A stretch of DNA of 64,000 bases from Pseudoprimorskyibacter sp. (GTDB taxonomy: Bacteria; Pseudomonadota; Alphaproteobacteria; Rhodobacterales; Rhodobacteraceae), in contig JAQXDR010000070.1 in NCBI GenBank assembly GCA_029251265.1, positions 11,724 to 75,723 on the forward strand. The letters run 5' to 3'. This document shows positions 29,357 to 39,054 of this stretch, in pieces; the first letter of the stretch is position 1; every line of letters starts with the position of its first letter. The position numbers were made by a program, and so were the translations under genes. The notes under the pieces were generated by a model that made no database searches, had not been told where the DNA came from, and saw only the letters and a program-made list of their open reading frames with translations.

Positions 29357-29968
29357 ATGTCTGAAAAATCTGTCTCTCAAGCCCTGAAATCCGCGTTGGA
29401 GTTCGGTCCGGTGCTTTTGTTTTTCGTGGCCTATATCTGGCTGCGAGACGAAGTGTTTGTGATCAATGGCGCTGAATACAGCGCATTTGTTCTGATCACT
29501 GGCGGATTTGTGGTTCTTGTCGCCCTCACCACCTTTTTGATCTGGAGACTGACAGGCACCGTGAGCAAGATGCAGTTGGTGACCTTGTGTCTTGTCGTTG
29601 TCTTTGGCGGGCTGACTGTGTGGCTGAATGATGAGCGGTTCATCAAGATGAAGCCAACCATAATATACCTGATTTTCGCGGGTATCCTTGGGGTTGGACT
29701 GCTGCGCGGACAAAGCTATTTGAAAATCGTCATGGGTGAGCTGATGCCAATGCGCCCAGACGGCTGGTTGATTCTAACACGCAGGTTCACCCTATTTTTT
29801 GTTGGTCTTGCCGTTGCCAATGAGCTTGTATGGCGGTTTATGAGCACCGATGCTTGGGTGAACTTCAAGACCTTCGGTCTCACCGCTGCGCTTTTTGTGT
29901 TCATGTTCTCGCAGGCAAAGTTGTTTGAGGCATATCGCCTCGAAAGCGAAGACAACCCGAAAACCTAG
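29357..29968 (+). CDS. yciB: septation protein A / inner-membrane protein YciB (IspZ)
   Basis: 203-aa membrane protein. Its size and N-terminal pattern (LEFGPVLLFFVAY) are typical of YciB. Confidence 0.85.
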   Translation: MSEKSVSQALKSALEFGPVLLFFVAYIWLRDEVFVINGAEYSAFVLITGGFVVLVALTTFLIWRLTGTVSKMQLVTLCLVVVFGGLTVWLNDERFIKMKPTIIYLIFAGILGVGLLRGQSYLKIVMGELMPMRPDGWLILTRRFTLFFVGLAVANELVWRFMSTDAWVNFKTFGLTAALFVFMFSQAKLFEAYRLESEDNPKT

Positions 29969-30076
29969 ACGGAAAGGTTTGCGGGTGTTGGCCGATTGTT
30001 AGATCGCACTGCATCCGCCACGGCCCGATCATAGAGGGGCCTTGGCCATGACCGCATATCGAGAGAAGTCGATTGT

Positions 30077-31786
30077 TTAGCGCACGCCGGCAAAGCGTGT
30101 TTGCCAGTCCTCACGCTCGGCGTCCGTAATCTTGCGAAAGGTCACGTCAGGCACGGAAAATCTATGGCCTGCGGGCAGGGTTGTCAGCGCCACGCTCATG
30201 TCTTCAGGCCAGCTCCAGTCATCGCAATTCAACGCAGTCATCAGGGCCTCGCTGGCGTCTGGAATGAACGGTCGGGATAAAACTGCGTAAAGCCGGATAA
30301 GGTTCAACGCTAGGCGGATCTGAGCGGCTGCGGCCTCCGGATCTGATTTAAACGTCGACCACGGCGCAGCCTCTTGCAGGTATTCGTTCCCTAAAACCCA
30401 GATGGCGCGCAATTCTTGCGCAGATTTCCGCACCTCGATGGCCTCCATCTGGGTTTCATATGTGGCAAGACGGGTCTGCAATGCGGAGATAAGAGCCGCC
30501 TCGCGGTCGGTTTGTACGCCACCGGCAGGAACCACCTCTGTGAATTTGGACCGGCAGAATTTAGTCACGCGGCTTGCGAAATTGCCCAAGACGTCAGCAA
30601 GATCCTTGTTGACGGATTGCTGGAAATTTTCCCATGTAAATTCGCTATCGCTGGATTCGGGTGCGTGGCTAAGCAGCCACCAGCGCCAATAATCCGCAGG
30701 CAAAATTTCCAACGCCTGATCCATAAAGACACCACGCCCGCGCGAGGTGCTGAATTGGCCGCCATCGTAGTTCAGGTAGTTAAAGGATTTGATGTAGTCG
30801 ACCAGTTTCCATGGCTCACCCGACCCCAGAATTGTCGCAGGAAAGCTCAGTGTGTGAAATGGGACGTTATCTTTGCCCATAAACTGGGTATAAGTCACAT
30901 CTTCGGCGCCCTTGTCGGTGCGCCACCAGCGCGCCCAATCCGTGCCTTCGCCCGCGTCCACCCATTCCTGACTGCAGGCGATGTATTCTATAGGCGCGTC
31001 GAACCAAACGTAGAAGACTTTGCCTTCCATACCTGGCCAATCCGCATCGCCGTTTTTAACGGGAACCCCCCAATCGAGATCGCGCGTGATTCCACGATCC
31101 TGCAATCCGTCACCATCATGGAGCCATTTTTTTGCAATTGAGGTCGTCAAAATTGGCCAATCCGATTTGCTATCAATCCACGCATCCAACTGATCTTTCA
31201 TCGCGGATTGCCGCAGGTGCAAATGCTTGGTTTCGCGCAGCTCCAGTTTGGTTGAGCCTGATATGGTCGAACGGGGATCGATCAGGTCAGTCGGGTCTAG
31301 CTGTTTGGTGCAATTGTCGCATTGATCGCCACGGGCACTTTCAAAACCGCAATTTGGGCAGGTACCTTCGATATATCGATCGGGAAGGAAACGGCCATCT
31401 TGAGGCGAATACATCTGGTGTTCGGTGACTTCCGTGATCAGGCCTTGTTTGTGCAGCGCTCCGGCAAAATGTTGGGTCAGGTCCTGATTCTGCTGGCTAG
31501 ACGATCGGCCATAATGATCAAAAGACAACCGAAAGCCTTTGGCGATTTCCAGCTGAACGGCATGCATTTCACGGCAGTATTCTGCCACGGGTTTTCCGGC
31601 TTTGGCGGCTGCGAGTTCAGCGGGGGTTCCGTGTTCGTCAGTGGCACATAGAAAAAGAACCTCGCGTCCGCGTGCACGATGATAGCGAGCAAAAAGATCA
31701 GCAGGAAGCTGCGATCCAATCAGATTGCCTAAATGCTTGATCCCATTGATGTAGGGAATGGCAGAGGTAATGAGGTGGCGGGTCAT
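30077..31786 (-). CDS. metG: methionine--tRNA ligase
   Basis: 569 aa with a HLGN (HIGH-type) motif, a CPNCG...CDNC zinc knuckle and class I ligase architecture. Confidence 0.95.
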   Translation of the reverse strand: MTRHLITSAIPYINGIKHLGNLIGSQLPADLFARYHRARGREVLFLCATDEHGTPAELAAAKAGKPVAEYCREMHAVQLEIAKGFRLSFDHYGRSSSQQNQDLTQHFAGALHKQGLITEVTEHQMYSPQDGRFLPDRYIEGTCPNCGFESARGDQCDNCTKQLDPTDLIDPRSTISGSTKLELRETKHLHLRQSAMKDQLDAWIDSKSDWPILTTSIAKKWLHDGDGLQDRGITRDLDWGVPVKNGDADWPGMEGKVFYVWFDAPIEYIACSQEWVDAGEGTDWARWWRTDKGAEDVTYTQFMGKDNVPFHTLSFPATILGSGEPWKLVDYIKSFNYLNYDGGQFSTSRGRGVFMDQALEILPADYWRWWLLSHAPESSDSEFTWENFQQSVNKDLADVLGNFASRVTKFCRSKFTEVVPAGGVQTDREAALISALQTRLATYETQMEAIEVRKSAQELRAIWVLGNEYLQEAAPWSTFKSDPEAAAAQIRLALNLIRLYAVLSRPFIPDASEALMTALNCDDWSWPEDMSVALTTLPAGHRFSVPDVTFRKITDAEREDWQTRFAGVR

Positions 31787-31887
31787 GATGGGCTTCCTGT
31801 GCGAGACACGCGGATGGGTTTAGATCAAACAAGGCGAAAGGGCCAGCAAGATCGCGCGTGTTTGGGTCTGGCGAATAACATGGCGGA

Positions 31888-33111
31888 TTACCTTTTGTCG
31901 CGACTTCGTTTCAAAAGGCGTCCAATCGAAAAGGACGTGCGCGGGGTGTAGACATACGGGGTGCGCAGGTCTGCTGTCGGGCGTGCACGCATTCGGGTTA
32001 AGCCGAAACCAACCAATGCCACATGTCCCACCGCGATCATCAAAAATAAAGCGCCGGGGCCATACGCCTGCATCAATGACGAGGCCGTGTAGGGCGCTGC
32101 AATCGCGCCACAGGCGAACCAGAAAATCAAGGCTGCTGAAAGCTCTACCCTTTCATGGCTTTTGGCGAAATCATGGGCGTGTGATGCAGCGACTGAAAAG
32201 ATTGGAAATGTCGTTAGACCAAAGACGAATCCACTGGTCAAAAGCGCCAAAGTCGAAACGTCTGTCATCAAAGCATTCCACAGACAGCTTAGGATAGCAG
32301 CCATCGACAGCCATATCAGCACCCACCGACGATCAAACTTGTCGGCCAACCATCCTGCGGGATACTGCGCCAATGCGCCTCCACCCATGAAAACCGCAAG
32401 AAACAGGGCGATTTGCGCCGCATCAAGGCCCATGCTCTGGCCATAAATTGGGCCAACCATCCGAAAGCTCGCGCCTGAAAGCGCCGCGACCAGCACACCT
32501 GCCACGGCCAGTGGGGACCGTTCTAGCGCCAGCCTTGGTTTCAGACGAGGTGCATCAGGGGTTGCGGGCGGGCTTGCGCGCGTCAACAAAACTGGAAGCA
32601 AAGTTGCACAACATAACAATGCCAAAAGATTATAAGACACGTAATGCGCGGGTTCCAAAACTGAAATAAGCAACTGCGACGCCATCGCAGCACCAATATC
32701 TGTGATTCTATATAGGCCCATGGCGCGGCCCCGGATGTCGTTGGTGACTTTGGCGTTCAGCCATGCCTCAATTACCGTGTAACACCCAGCGATGCACATG
32801 CCGGTGGCCACGCGCATGACAGCCCATGCAACCGGATCAATGATCAGCATATGTGCCAGCAGCCCAATTGCACCGCTGGCTGCAAAGGCTGCAAATGCGC
32901 GGCTGTGACCAACAGATCCCATCAGCCGCGGGGCCCACCAGCACCCAATAAAAAATCCAACAAAATGGGCCGATCCAAGCAGGCCGATTTCTTCGGTTGT
33001 GAAGCCGAGCGCAAACCCTGACAGGGCATCCAACGGGCCCACACCACCCGAACTGAGTTGAAGGAGAATAACGGATAAAAAAAGCGCGGCGAAAGAAATT
33101 AATAACTGCAT
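31888..33111 (-). CDS. MFS transporter
   Basis: Protein with about 12 predicted transmembrane helices. The ORF-track start is a TTG, and the first in-frame ATG (MQLLISFAALF) is at 33111. Confidence 0.8.
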   Translation of the reverse strand: MQLLISFAALFLSVILLQLSSGGVGPLDALSGFALGFTTEEIGLLGSAHFVGFFIGCWWAPRLMGSVGHSRAFAAFAASGAIGLLAHMLIIDPVAWAVMRVATGMCIAGCYTVIEAWLNAKVTNDIRGRAMGLYRITDIGAAMASQLLISVLEPAHYVSYNLLALLCCATLLPVLLTRASPPATPDAPRLKPRLALERSPLAVAGVLVAALSGASFRMVGPIYGQSMGLDAAQIALFLAVFMGGGALAQYPAGWLADKFDRRWVLIWLSMAAILSCLWNALMTDVSTLALLTSGFVFGLTTFPIFSVAASHAHDFAKSHERVELSAALIFWFACGAIAAPYTASSLMQAYGPGALFLMIAVGHVALVGFGLTRMRARPTADLRTPYVYTPRTSFSIGRLLKRSRDKR

Positions 33112-33293
33112 GGTGGCACGTCTGCGCGTCTTTTCATGGTGATACTTGTTGATAACCGCCAAGAGACAGTCGTATTTTGATCTTATGGCCTTGTCTTGCC
33201 TTTATGTCTGTCGGCGGGCAGGCTGTCGCAGCTAACAGGTTTGTTCATTGCTGGCAGTCGTGTGCTGGTTCTGGCTATTTAACAGGAGATCGT

Positions 33294-34172
33294 ATGCGCA
33301 TTGCATTCACGGGTGGCTCGGGCAAAGCCGGCCGGATCGTCGTTCCTTATCTGCAGGCACTTGGTCATCAGGTTTTAAACCTCGACCTCGTTCCGGCGAC
33401 AGGTGTCGACACGCTCATTACTGAACTGACCGATTCGGGACAGGTCTTTAATGCGCTGTCTTCGTTGGCCAATTTCAGTGAACTGGAAGCGGGTCAGGGC
33501 GTGCCAAAATTTGATGCTGTGGTTCATTTTGCAGCTTTGGCGCGGATCTTGATCAAGCCTGACAATGAAACCTTTCGTGTGAATACCCTGTCGACCTACA
33601 ACATCATGGAAGCCGCTGTAAAACTGGGCATCCCCAAGGTTATCTTTGCAAGCTCTGAAACGGCCTATGGCGTTTGTTTCGCGGATGGCGAGATGAAACC
33701 CGCGTATCTGCCGATAGACGAAGATCACCCCACTGTGCCGGAAGACAGCTATGCCATGTCCAAAGTCTGCAATGAAGCCTGCGGCCGGTCCTTCCACGCA
33801 CGCTCAGGAAACGATATTTACGGCTTGCGAATCAACAACGTCATTGCGCCCGAGGATTATGAGCGTGATTTTCCTGCCTATCTGGAAAACCCCGATTTAC
33901 GCCGCCGAAATTTCTTTGCCTACATTGATGCGCGCGACTTGGGCCACATGGTGCAAAGATGTCTTGAAACCGATGGTTTGGGCTATGAGGTTTTTAACGT
34001 CGCCAATGATGATTTGTCAGTAAGTCTTGGAAATTCGGAACTTCGTGAACGATATTATGCGGGTGTATCTCTTCGACGTGAGATGAGTGAGCACGAGACT
34101 TTTTATGTTTGCGACAAGGCAAAGCGTTTGTTGGGTTTTGCACCGCAACATTCTTGGCGAAATCACGTGTGA
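33294..34172 (+). CDS. NAD-dependent epimerase/dehydratase family protein
   Basis: Start trimmed to MRIAFTGGSGKAGR (Rossmann GxxGxxG) with an AGGAGA RBS. A YAMSK catalytic motif is present. Confidence 0.8.
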   Translation: MRIAFTGGSGKAGRIVVPYLQALGHQVLNLDLVPATGVDTLITELTDSGQVFNALSSLANFSELEAGQGVPKFDAVVHFAALARILIKPDNETFRVNTLSTYNIMEAAVKLGIPKVIFASSETAYGVCFADGEMKPAYLPIDEDHPTVPEDSYAMSKVCNEACGRSFHARSGNDIYGLRINNVIAPEDYERDFPAYLENPDLRRRNFFAYIDARDLGHMVQRCLETDGLGYEVFNVANDDLSVSLGNSELRERYYAGVSLRREMSEHETFYVCDKAKRLLGFAPQHSWRNHV

Positions 34173-34218
34173 TAGGGGATTGTGCCGGACCGAGGGTGCT
34201 GCTACTACGCGCCGCAAT

Positions 34219-34294
34219 GCCGGTATAGCTCAGATGGTAGAGCACGTGATTTGTAATCTCGGGGTCGGGGGTTCAAGTCCCTCTGCCGGCACCA
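34219..34294 (+). tRNA. tRNA-Thr (anticodon UGU)
   Basis: Cloverleaf folded by hand: acceptor GCCGGTA/TGCCGGC, D arm GCTC-AGATGGTA-GAGC, anticodon stem-loop CGTGA-TTTGTAA-TCTCG, T arm GGGGG-TTCAAGT-CCCTC, and an encoded CCA. Confidence 0.9.
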
Positions 34295-34301
34295 TATCAA
34301 G

Positions 34302-34340
34302 CCCTCTAAGGTTCACACCTTAGGGGGCTTTTGGTTTTTT
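34302..34340 (+). terminator. intrinsic terminator after tRNA-Thr
   Basis: Stem CCCTCTAAGG / CCTTAGGGGG with a 6-nt loop, followed by CTTTTGGTTTTTT. Confidence 0.6.
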
Positions 34341-34670
34341 ATGGCGCTCTGCGGCCCGTTGGCCGTTTGGCACCTGTTCCCGCTCTTTGGCGGTTTTTTA
34401 GATCTGCCCACCCTTCATACCGATTCGCGGCCATGTTTATTCTGCAGAGACCGCACGACAGGTCGCATCCACCAACCAGAATTTTGTGTTTTTTGATCTG
34501 AATTTTTGTTTTCGGACTTTGGTCAAAGATGGATTGTGACCAAACTCCGGTGGATACGAAAACGGAATACAAATTTTGAGGGTTTACGGTGAACGTTTTC
34601 CTACAAGGTCACGATTTTTCAATTATGTGAAACCGGATCTAATGATGATGACATCCTTGGCCGCAAGCGG

Positions 34671-35936
34671 ATGTCCGAATTGTCATCTCAGAAGGTGGAC
34701 CAAATAGATGATCCAATTATCTGGGCCCTAGACAGCAAATGGGGTACCGGGAAATCTTTTTTCCTCAAACGATGGGTCGGCGCGCATACACGACAGAATT
34801 CAGAAAGGGCAACGACCGTTTATTTTGATGCCTTCGCAAGCGACTATTTGTCGGACCCGCTTGTGTCGTTGATCGCCGCGGTTGGTTCGCGGATCGACGC
34901 GCAACATTCCGGCACGTTCGAGACCCTGCAAAATGTTGCGAGAAGTCTGTTAAGACCATCAATCAATATTGGCCTGTCGGTTTTGACCGCAGGGCTATCA
35001 CAGTATTTTTCGTCAGCGTTAGATGCAGTATCTCAAACTGCCGGGGACGAAGTCAAAAACGCCACGCAGCAATTGTGGACCGCAGAGTTAAACCGCGAAG
35101 AAGACATGAAGTCTTTTAAAACGCTGTTGGCTAAAGTGGCAGAACATTCCGGTGGTTCGATTGTCATTGTGGTAGATGAATTAGACCGATGCCGTCCAGA
35201 TTACGCCCTATCTGTACTGGAAGTGATCAAACATTTTTTTTCGGTTCCCAAGGTCCATTTTGTGCTGGGTATCAACGCGAGCGCGCTTCAAAACAGTGTG
35301 AAGGCTCGGTATGGGGCCGAGATTGACGCCGAAAACGACCTTCGAAAATTTATACATGTGTCATTCACGCTTCCTGATACAATTGGTGCCCAAAGGGATT
35401 TGGTGATTTCAAAATATGCACGGAAATTGGTGCAGGATATGGCCCTTTCACACACAGTTTCGAATCGATGTATTGACCTGCTTGGGTATGTTGCAAAGGG
35501 GCGGCCTGTTTCTTTGCGAGACGTTGAAAAGATTATGTTCAAAATCGCCTTGTTGCCAAATGAAGCACATGGTGACACAAAAATGCATGATCTCCTCTGT
35601 GCGCTGCTTGTCACATCCGTGGTTGATCCCGACCTTCACATCCGAATGGTGTCTGGCCTCTCATCACAAGAGGCGCTTCGCGGGCTTTTGGCGGCGGATA
35701 GATCAAAAACAGTCCGCCCAACACCAGAGCAAACTAACGAATCCTATGACCGTAATGTTGCGTATTGGTTGGCTGAACTTATCCTTTTGTGCACAGAGAA
35801 AGATCTATCTGATATTCCTGATCTGGCTGACTGGAAAGACAGCCTTTACGTGAATTTAAGCGATTATGGCAGGCGCAATTTGCAGCCTATGCCCGCTTGG
35901 ATCCAAGAAAACTGGGTAGAGGTTTTTAACATTTGA
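34671..35936 (+). CDS. KAP-family P-loop NTPase
   Basis: 421 aa with Walker A in KAP context (LDSKWGTGKSFFLKRW), a hydrophobic insert and Walker B (IVIVVDELDRCRPDYALSVLEVIKHFF). It is noticeably more A+T-rich than the flanking genes. Confidence 0.8.
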   Translation: MSELSSQKVDQIDDPIIWALDSKWGTGKSFFLKRWVGAHTRQNSERATTVYFDAFASDYLSDPLVSLIAAVGSRIDAQHSGTFETLQNVARSLLRPSINIGLSVLTAGLSQYFSSALDAVSQTAGDEVKNATQQLWTAELNREEDMKSFKTLLAKVAEHSGGSIVIVVDELDRCRPDYALSVLEVIKHFFSVPKVHFVLGINASALQNSVKARYGAEIDAENDLRKFIHVSFTLPDTIGAQRDLVISKYARKLVQDMALSHTVSNRCIDLLGYVAKGRPVSLRDVEKIMFKIALLPNEAHGDTKMHDLLCALLVTSVVDPDLHIRMVSGLSSQEALRGLLAADRSKTVRPTPEQTNESYDRNVAYWLAELILLCTEKDLSDIPDLADWKDSLYVNLSDYGRRNLQPMPAWIQENWVEVFNI

Positions 35937-35955
35937 TACCAGTAATTTGACGGGG

Positions 35956-37320
35956 CTAGTGCGTTGCGGCGCGCAGCCCGGCGGCGGTCGCTTCTAAAAT
36001 CTGGCTCACCTCGCTTGCTGTAATCACAAGAGGTGGAGAAAAAATTGCGTTGGGTCCAGAGACACGAATCATCGCCCCGGCTTGGTAGGCCGCACGTTGA
36101 AAGGCGTCCATCGTTTTGGCCGCGGCAGGTGTTTTGCAGCTGCGGTCGGACACCAGCTCTATCGCGCACATCAAACCCTCGCCGCGTACGTCCCCGATCA
36201 GGTCATAGGTTTGTGCCAAAGACCGCAATCCGGTGATCAGTTCGTCACCGCGAAGGGCAGCATTTTCCCACGGCTTAATGCGGTTGATTTCATTCAGCGT
36301 TGCGATGGCGGCGGCGGCGCCCACTGGATGACCCGAGTAAGTGTAGCCTGTATACACGCCACCATCAGATCCCGCATCTTCAAAGATTTGGGCGATATGG
36401 TCCGCAATCATGACCGCCCCAAAAGGGAAATACCCGTTGGTGATTGCTTTGGCTGTGCACATCAAATCAGGGGCAACGCCATAATGTCTGGATCCATTGG
36501 GTGATCCCGTTCGGCCAAAGGCTGTTATGACCTCGTCTGCAATAAGCAAAATTCCGTGTTTATCGCAAATTTTGCGTATTTGAGGCAGCAGTGTCGGATG
36601 TGGTGGAATGACGCCCCCTGCGCCTTGCACAGGTTCCATTATAAAGGCGGCTATGTTTTGTGCGCCTTCAAATGCGATGGCTCTTTCAAGGGACTCTGCC
36701 ACTTTCGTTGCCAGTATCTTGGGCGAAGCCACGTCAAAGGGATTGCGATACAGGTAGGGACCGGGGATTTGTGTGCATCCCGGCATCAATGGTTCATAGG
36801 CCTGTCGGAAACGTCCGCTGCCATTGACACTAGCACCACCGATATGCGTTCCGTGATAGCCTTGTAAAAGTGAAATGAACTTCACCCGTCCCGCCTCGCC
36901 GCACAGTCGGTGGTATTGCCGGGCAAGCTTGAGCGCCGTTTCCACAGAATCTGAGCCACCGGACGTAAAAAACGCCCGTGTTAGCCGTTCTGGGGCAAAG
37001 AATTCGCGCAGCATCCATGAAAGTTCGATCGCCTTGTCATTAGTGGTTCCACGAAAGATTGAATAATAGGGCAGTGCTTGCATCTGGGCTGCCACCGCCT
37101 GCTTTATAGGATCGCAAGAGTATCCCAAATTTACGTTCCACAACCCCCCAACAGCATCGACAACCCGCATGCCATCGATGTCGGTGATGTAGACGCCATC
37201 ACCGTCTGTAATAATCATGGGTGGCGTAGCGAGACTGGCAGAGGGAGGTCCCATAGGATGCCACATGTGCCGGGCGTTGTTTTCCTTCAGGAAATTACTG
37301 TCTTTCACCGATACCTCCAT
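35956..37320 (-). CDS. class III (omega) aminotransferase
   Basis: 454 aa with the HMWHP N-terminal motif, an LIADEV segment and PLP fold type I class III features. Confidence 0.85.
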   Translation of the reverse strand: MEVSVKDSNFLKENNARHMWHPMGPPSASLATPPMIITDGDGVYITDIDGMRVVDAVGGLWNVNLGYSCDPIKQAVAAQMQALPYYSIFRGTTNDKAIELSWMLREFFAPERLTRAFFTSGGSDSVETALKLARQYHRLCGEAGRVKFISLLQGYHGTHIGGASVNGSGRFRQAYEPLMPGCTQIPGPYLYRNPFDVASPKILATKVAESLERAIAFEGAQNIAAFIMEPVQGAGGVIPPHPTLLPQIRKICDKHGILLIADEVITAFGRTGSPNGSRHYGVAPDLMCTAKAITNGYFPFGAVMIADHIAQIFEDAGSDGGVYTGYTYSGHPVGAAAAIATLNEINRIKPWENAALRGDELITGLRSLAQTYDLIGDVRGEGLMCAIELVSDRSCKTPAAAKTMDAFQRAAYQAGAMIRVSGPNAIFSPPLVITASEVSQILEATAAGLRAATH

Positions 37321-37756
37321 AGAATATATTGCACATCATGTCGGAACACCGTTTGAGTATCTACCCGCAGCACTGATTTGATGCCGCCATCATGTCGCAA
37401 CTGCAAATACCAAGGATAAAATCTTGTGTTCAGCGTTTGGGCAAGCAGATAAAGCGAACGTGCGCATTTCCTATAGTCCGTCCGCCTACCAAGATTATCT
37501 ACTTTGAACCATAGCTCGAGGTTTTATGGGGTGTAAGCGTTTTTCTGCTGTGCAACGCTGTGTGCACACAGCGTTTTACCTTGGTTTGAAGATAAATCGA
37601 AGTGCGACGCTGATTGTCCGACGGGGGTGGGATTGTGCCGATCTGTAAATATATTTTCCGCAGGTAACGACCATGTCGCAAAGGGCTATGCGGTATCAGC
37701 ACAGGTTTCAACGCCGGATCTTTGCACTGAAAAAGCCATCGGAATTTGATGGAGTA

Positions 37757-37832
<76 letters not shown>

Positions 37833-37900
37833 TTTGTGTGCGTTGGCTTACGCACTGCAGGTCGCGGGATCAAGTCGAAAATCCCGCGTCCGCATGATTT

Positions 37901-38224
37901 TTAACTGTCGTCATCGTCGGCTGGGACGTCTGCTAGTTCGTCCAGAGAGACATTTTCGTCTTCGTCGTCATCCAGCAAATCGTCATCCAATTCAACTGTC
38001 ACGTCATCATCATCAATGACATCATCACTGGTATTGGTTTCTTTGGCTTTTGCCTTGGTCGATGCGGCGTCTGCGGCATCGGCTGCGATCATGCGCGACT
38101 TGCTATTGTCAACGACAACGACTTCGCCAGTATAGGGACTGACGATTGGATTGCGATTAAGGTCATAGAAACGCTTGCCCGTTTCGGGGCACAAGCGTTT
38201 GACACCCCATTCTTCCTTGGCCAT
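37901..38224 (-). CDS. TIGR02300 (FYDLN_acid) family protein
   Basis: Start trimmed to MAKEEWGVKRLCPETGKRFYDLNRNPIVSPYTG. The C-terminal tail is strongly acidic. Confidence 0.8.
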   Translation of the reverse strand: MAKEEWGVKRLCPETGKRFYDLNRNPIVSPYTGEVVVVDNSKSRMIAADAADAASTKAKAKETNTSDDVIDDDDVTVELDDDLLDDDEDENVSLDELADVPADDDDS

Positions 38225-38327
38225 CTTAAATCCCTTGGGTTTGTGGTCTTGCTGTTGGTCGCGGTCCCCTGCCATAACGCGCTACGCGTGTCAAAGGCTT
38301 TGGCACTCAAATTTGTAAGGGACCCAT

Positions 38328-39023
38328 ATGCAGGTGTTTGAGCTGCCCGGCAACCCCCCGGTCATAATACAGATGCGAGAATCTGCTCGCGCCAAACGCT
38401 TGAGCCTTCGCATCTCACAACTTGACGGTCGTGTGACATTATCAGTTCCGCGCGGCACGCCCTTTGCTCGGGCCGAGGACTTCGCGCACCAAAAAGCATT
38501 ATGGCTTCGCCAACACTTGTCCAAACAACCTGATCATGTGCGGGTGACTTGGGGGCAGACCATACCCATTGCCGGTAAATTGCATCGACTCATACCGACG
38601 CCAGAACGTCAAATTATATGTGATAAAGCGGGTATTCTTGCAGTTCCAGGCCCTCTGGAACGGGTCCCTGCCAAGGTGAAAGTGTGGCTCAAGACATTGG
38701 CGCAGGACCGTTTTACCAGTGCTTGTGATTTTTATGCAGATCGGCTTGGGCGTTCGTATTCGCAGTTAACTCTTCGAGATACACGATCCCGGTGGGGGTC
38801 TTGCACGGCGGATGGGCGTTTGATGCTGTCATGGCGGTTGATCCTCGCCCCAAGCGGTGTTTTTGAATATGTGGCGGCGCATGAGGTTGCGCATTTGGCG
38901 CATATGAATCATTCGGCGCAATATTGGGCAAGTGTAAATCAAATCTACGGAGATCCCGCGCCGGAGCGACATTGGTTGCGAAAAAATGGCGCAGATCTAC
39001 ACAGGTACCGATTCGACAATTGA
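38328..39023 (+). CDS. M48-family / YgjP-like (DUF45) metal-dependent hydrolase
   Basis: 231 aa with an HEVAHLAHMNH zinc motif near the C-terminus. Confidence 0.8.
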   Translation: MQVFELPGNPPVIIQMRESARAKRLSLRISQLDGRVTLSVPRGTPFARAEDFAHQKALWLRQHLSKQPDHVRVTWGQTIPIAGKLHRLIPTPERQIICDKAGILAVPGPLERVPAKVKVWLKTLAQDRFTSACDFYADRLGRSYSQLTLRDTRSRWGSCTADGRLMLSWRLILAPSGVFEYVAAHEVAHLAHMNHSAQYWASVNQIYGDPAPERHWLRKNGADLHRYRFDN

Positions 39024-39054
39024 CTGCTCGTATTTTTGTGATCACAAATGGGGA

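Noticed and set aside
34339-34572. 77-aa minus-strand ORF, and a 51-codon plus-strand ORF (MALCGPLAVW...), between tRNA-Thr and the KAP gene. These were considered as integrase remnants.
   Set aside because: Neither shows tyrosine-recombinase or other recognisable motifs, and neither has an RBS. No repeat of the tRNA 3' end was seen at the far side of the islet.
37499-37711. 70-aa minus-strand ORF in the tRNA-Ala/aminotransferase intergenic region.
   Set aside because: The sequence is basic and low-complexity with no RBS or family motifs, and it spans the 22-bp palindrome. It is more likely non-coding.
37864-37887. Hairpin GCGGGAT-N10-ATCCCGC downstream of the TIGR02300 gene, and a 5-bp-stem hairpin with a U-run after tRNA-Ala (37729-37752), considered as terminators.
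   Set aside because: The first lacks a U-tract and the second has only a 5-bp stem. Both are plausible but too weak to list as features.
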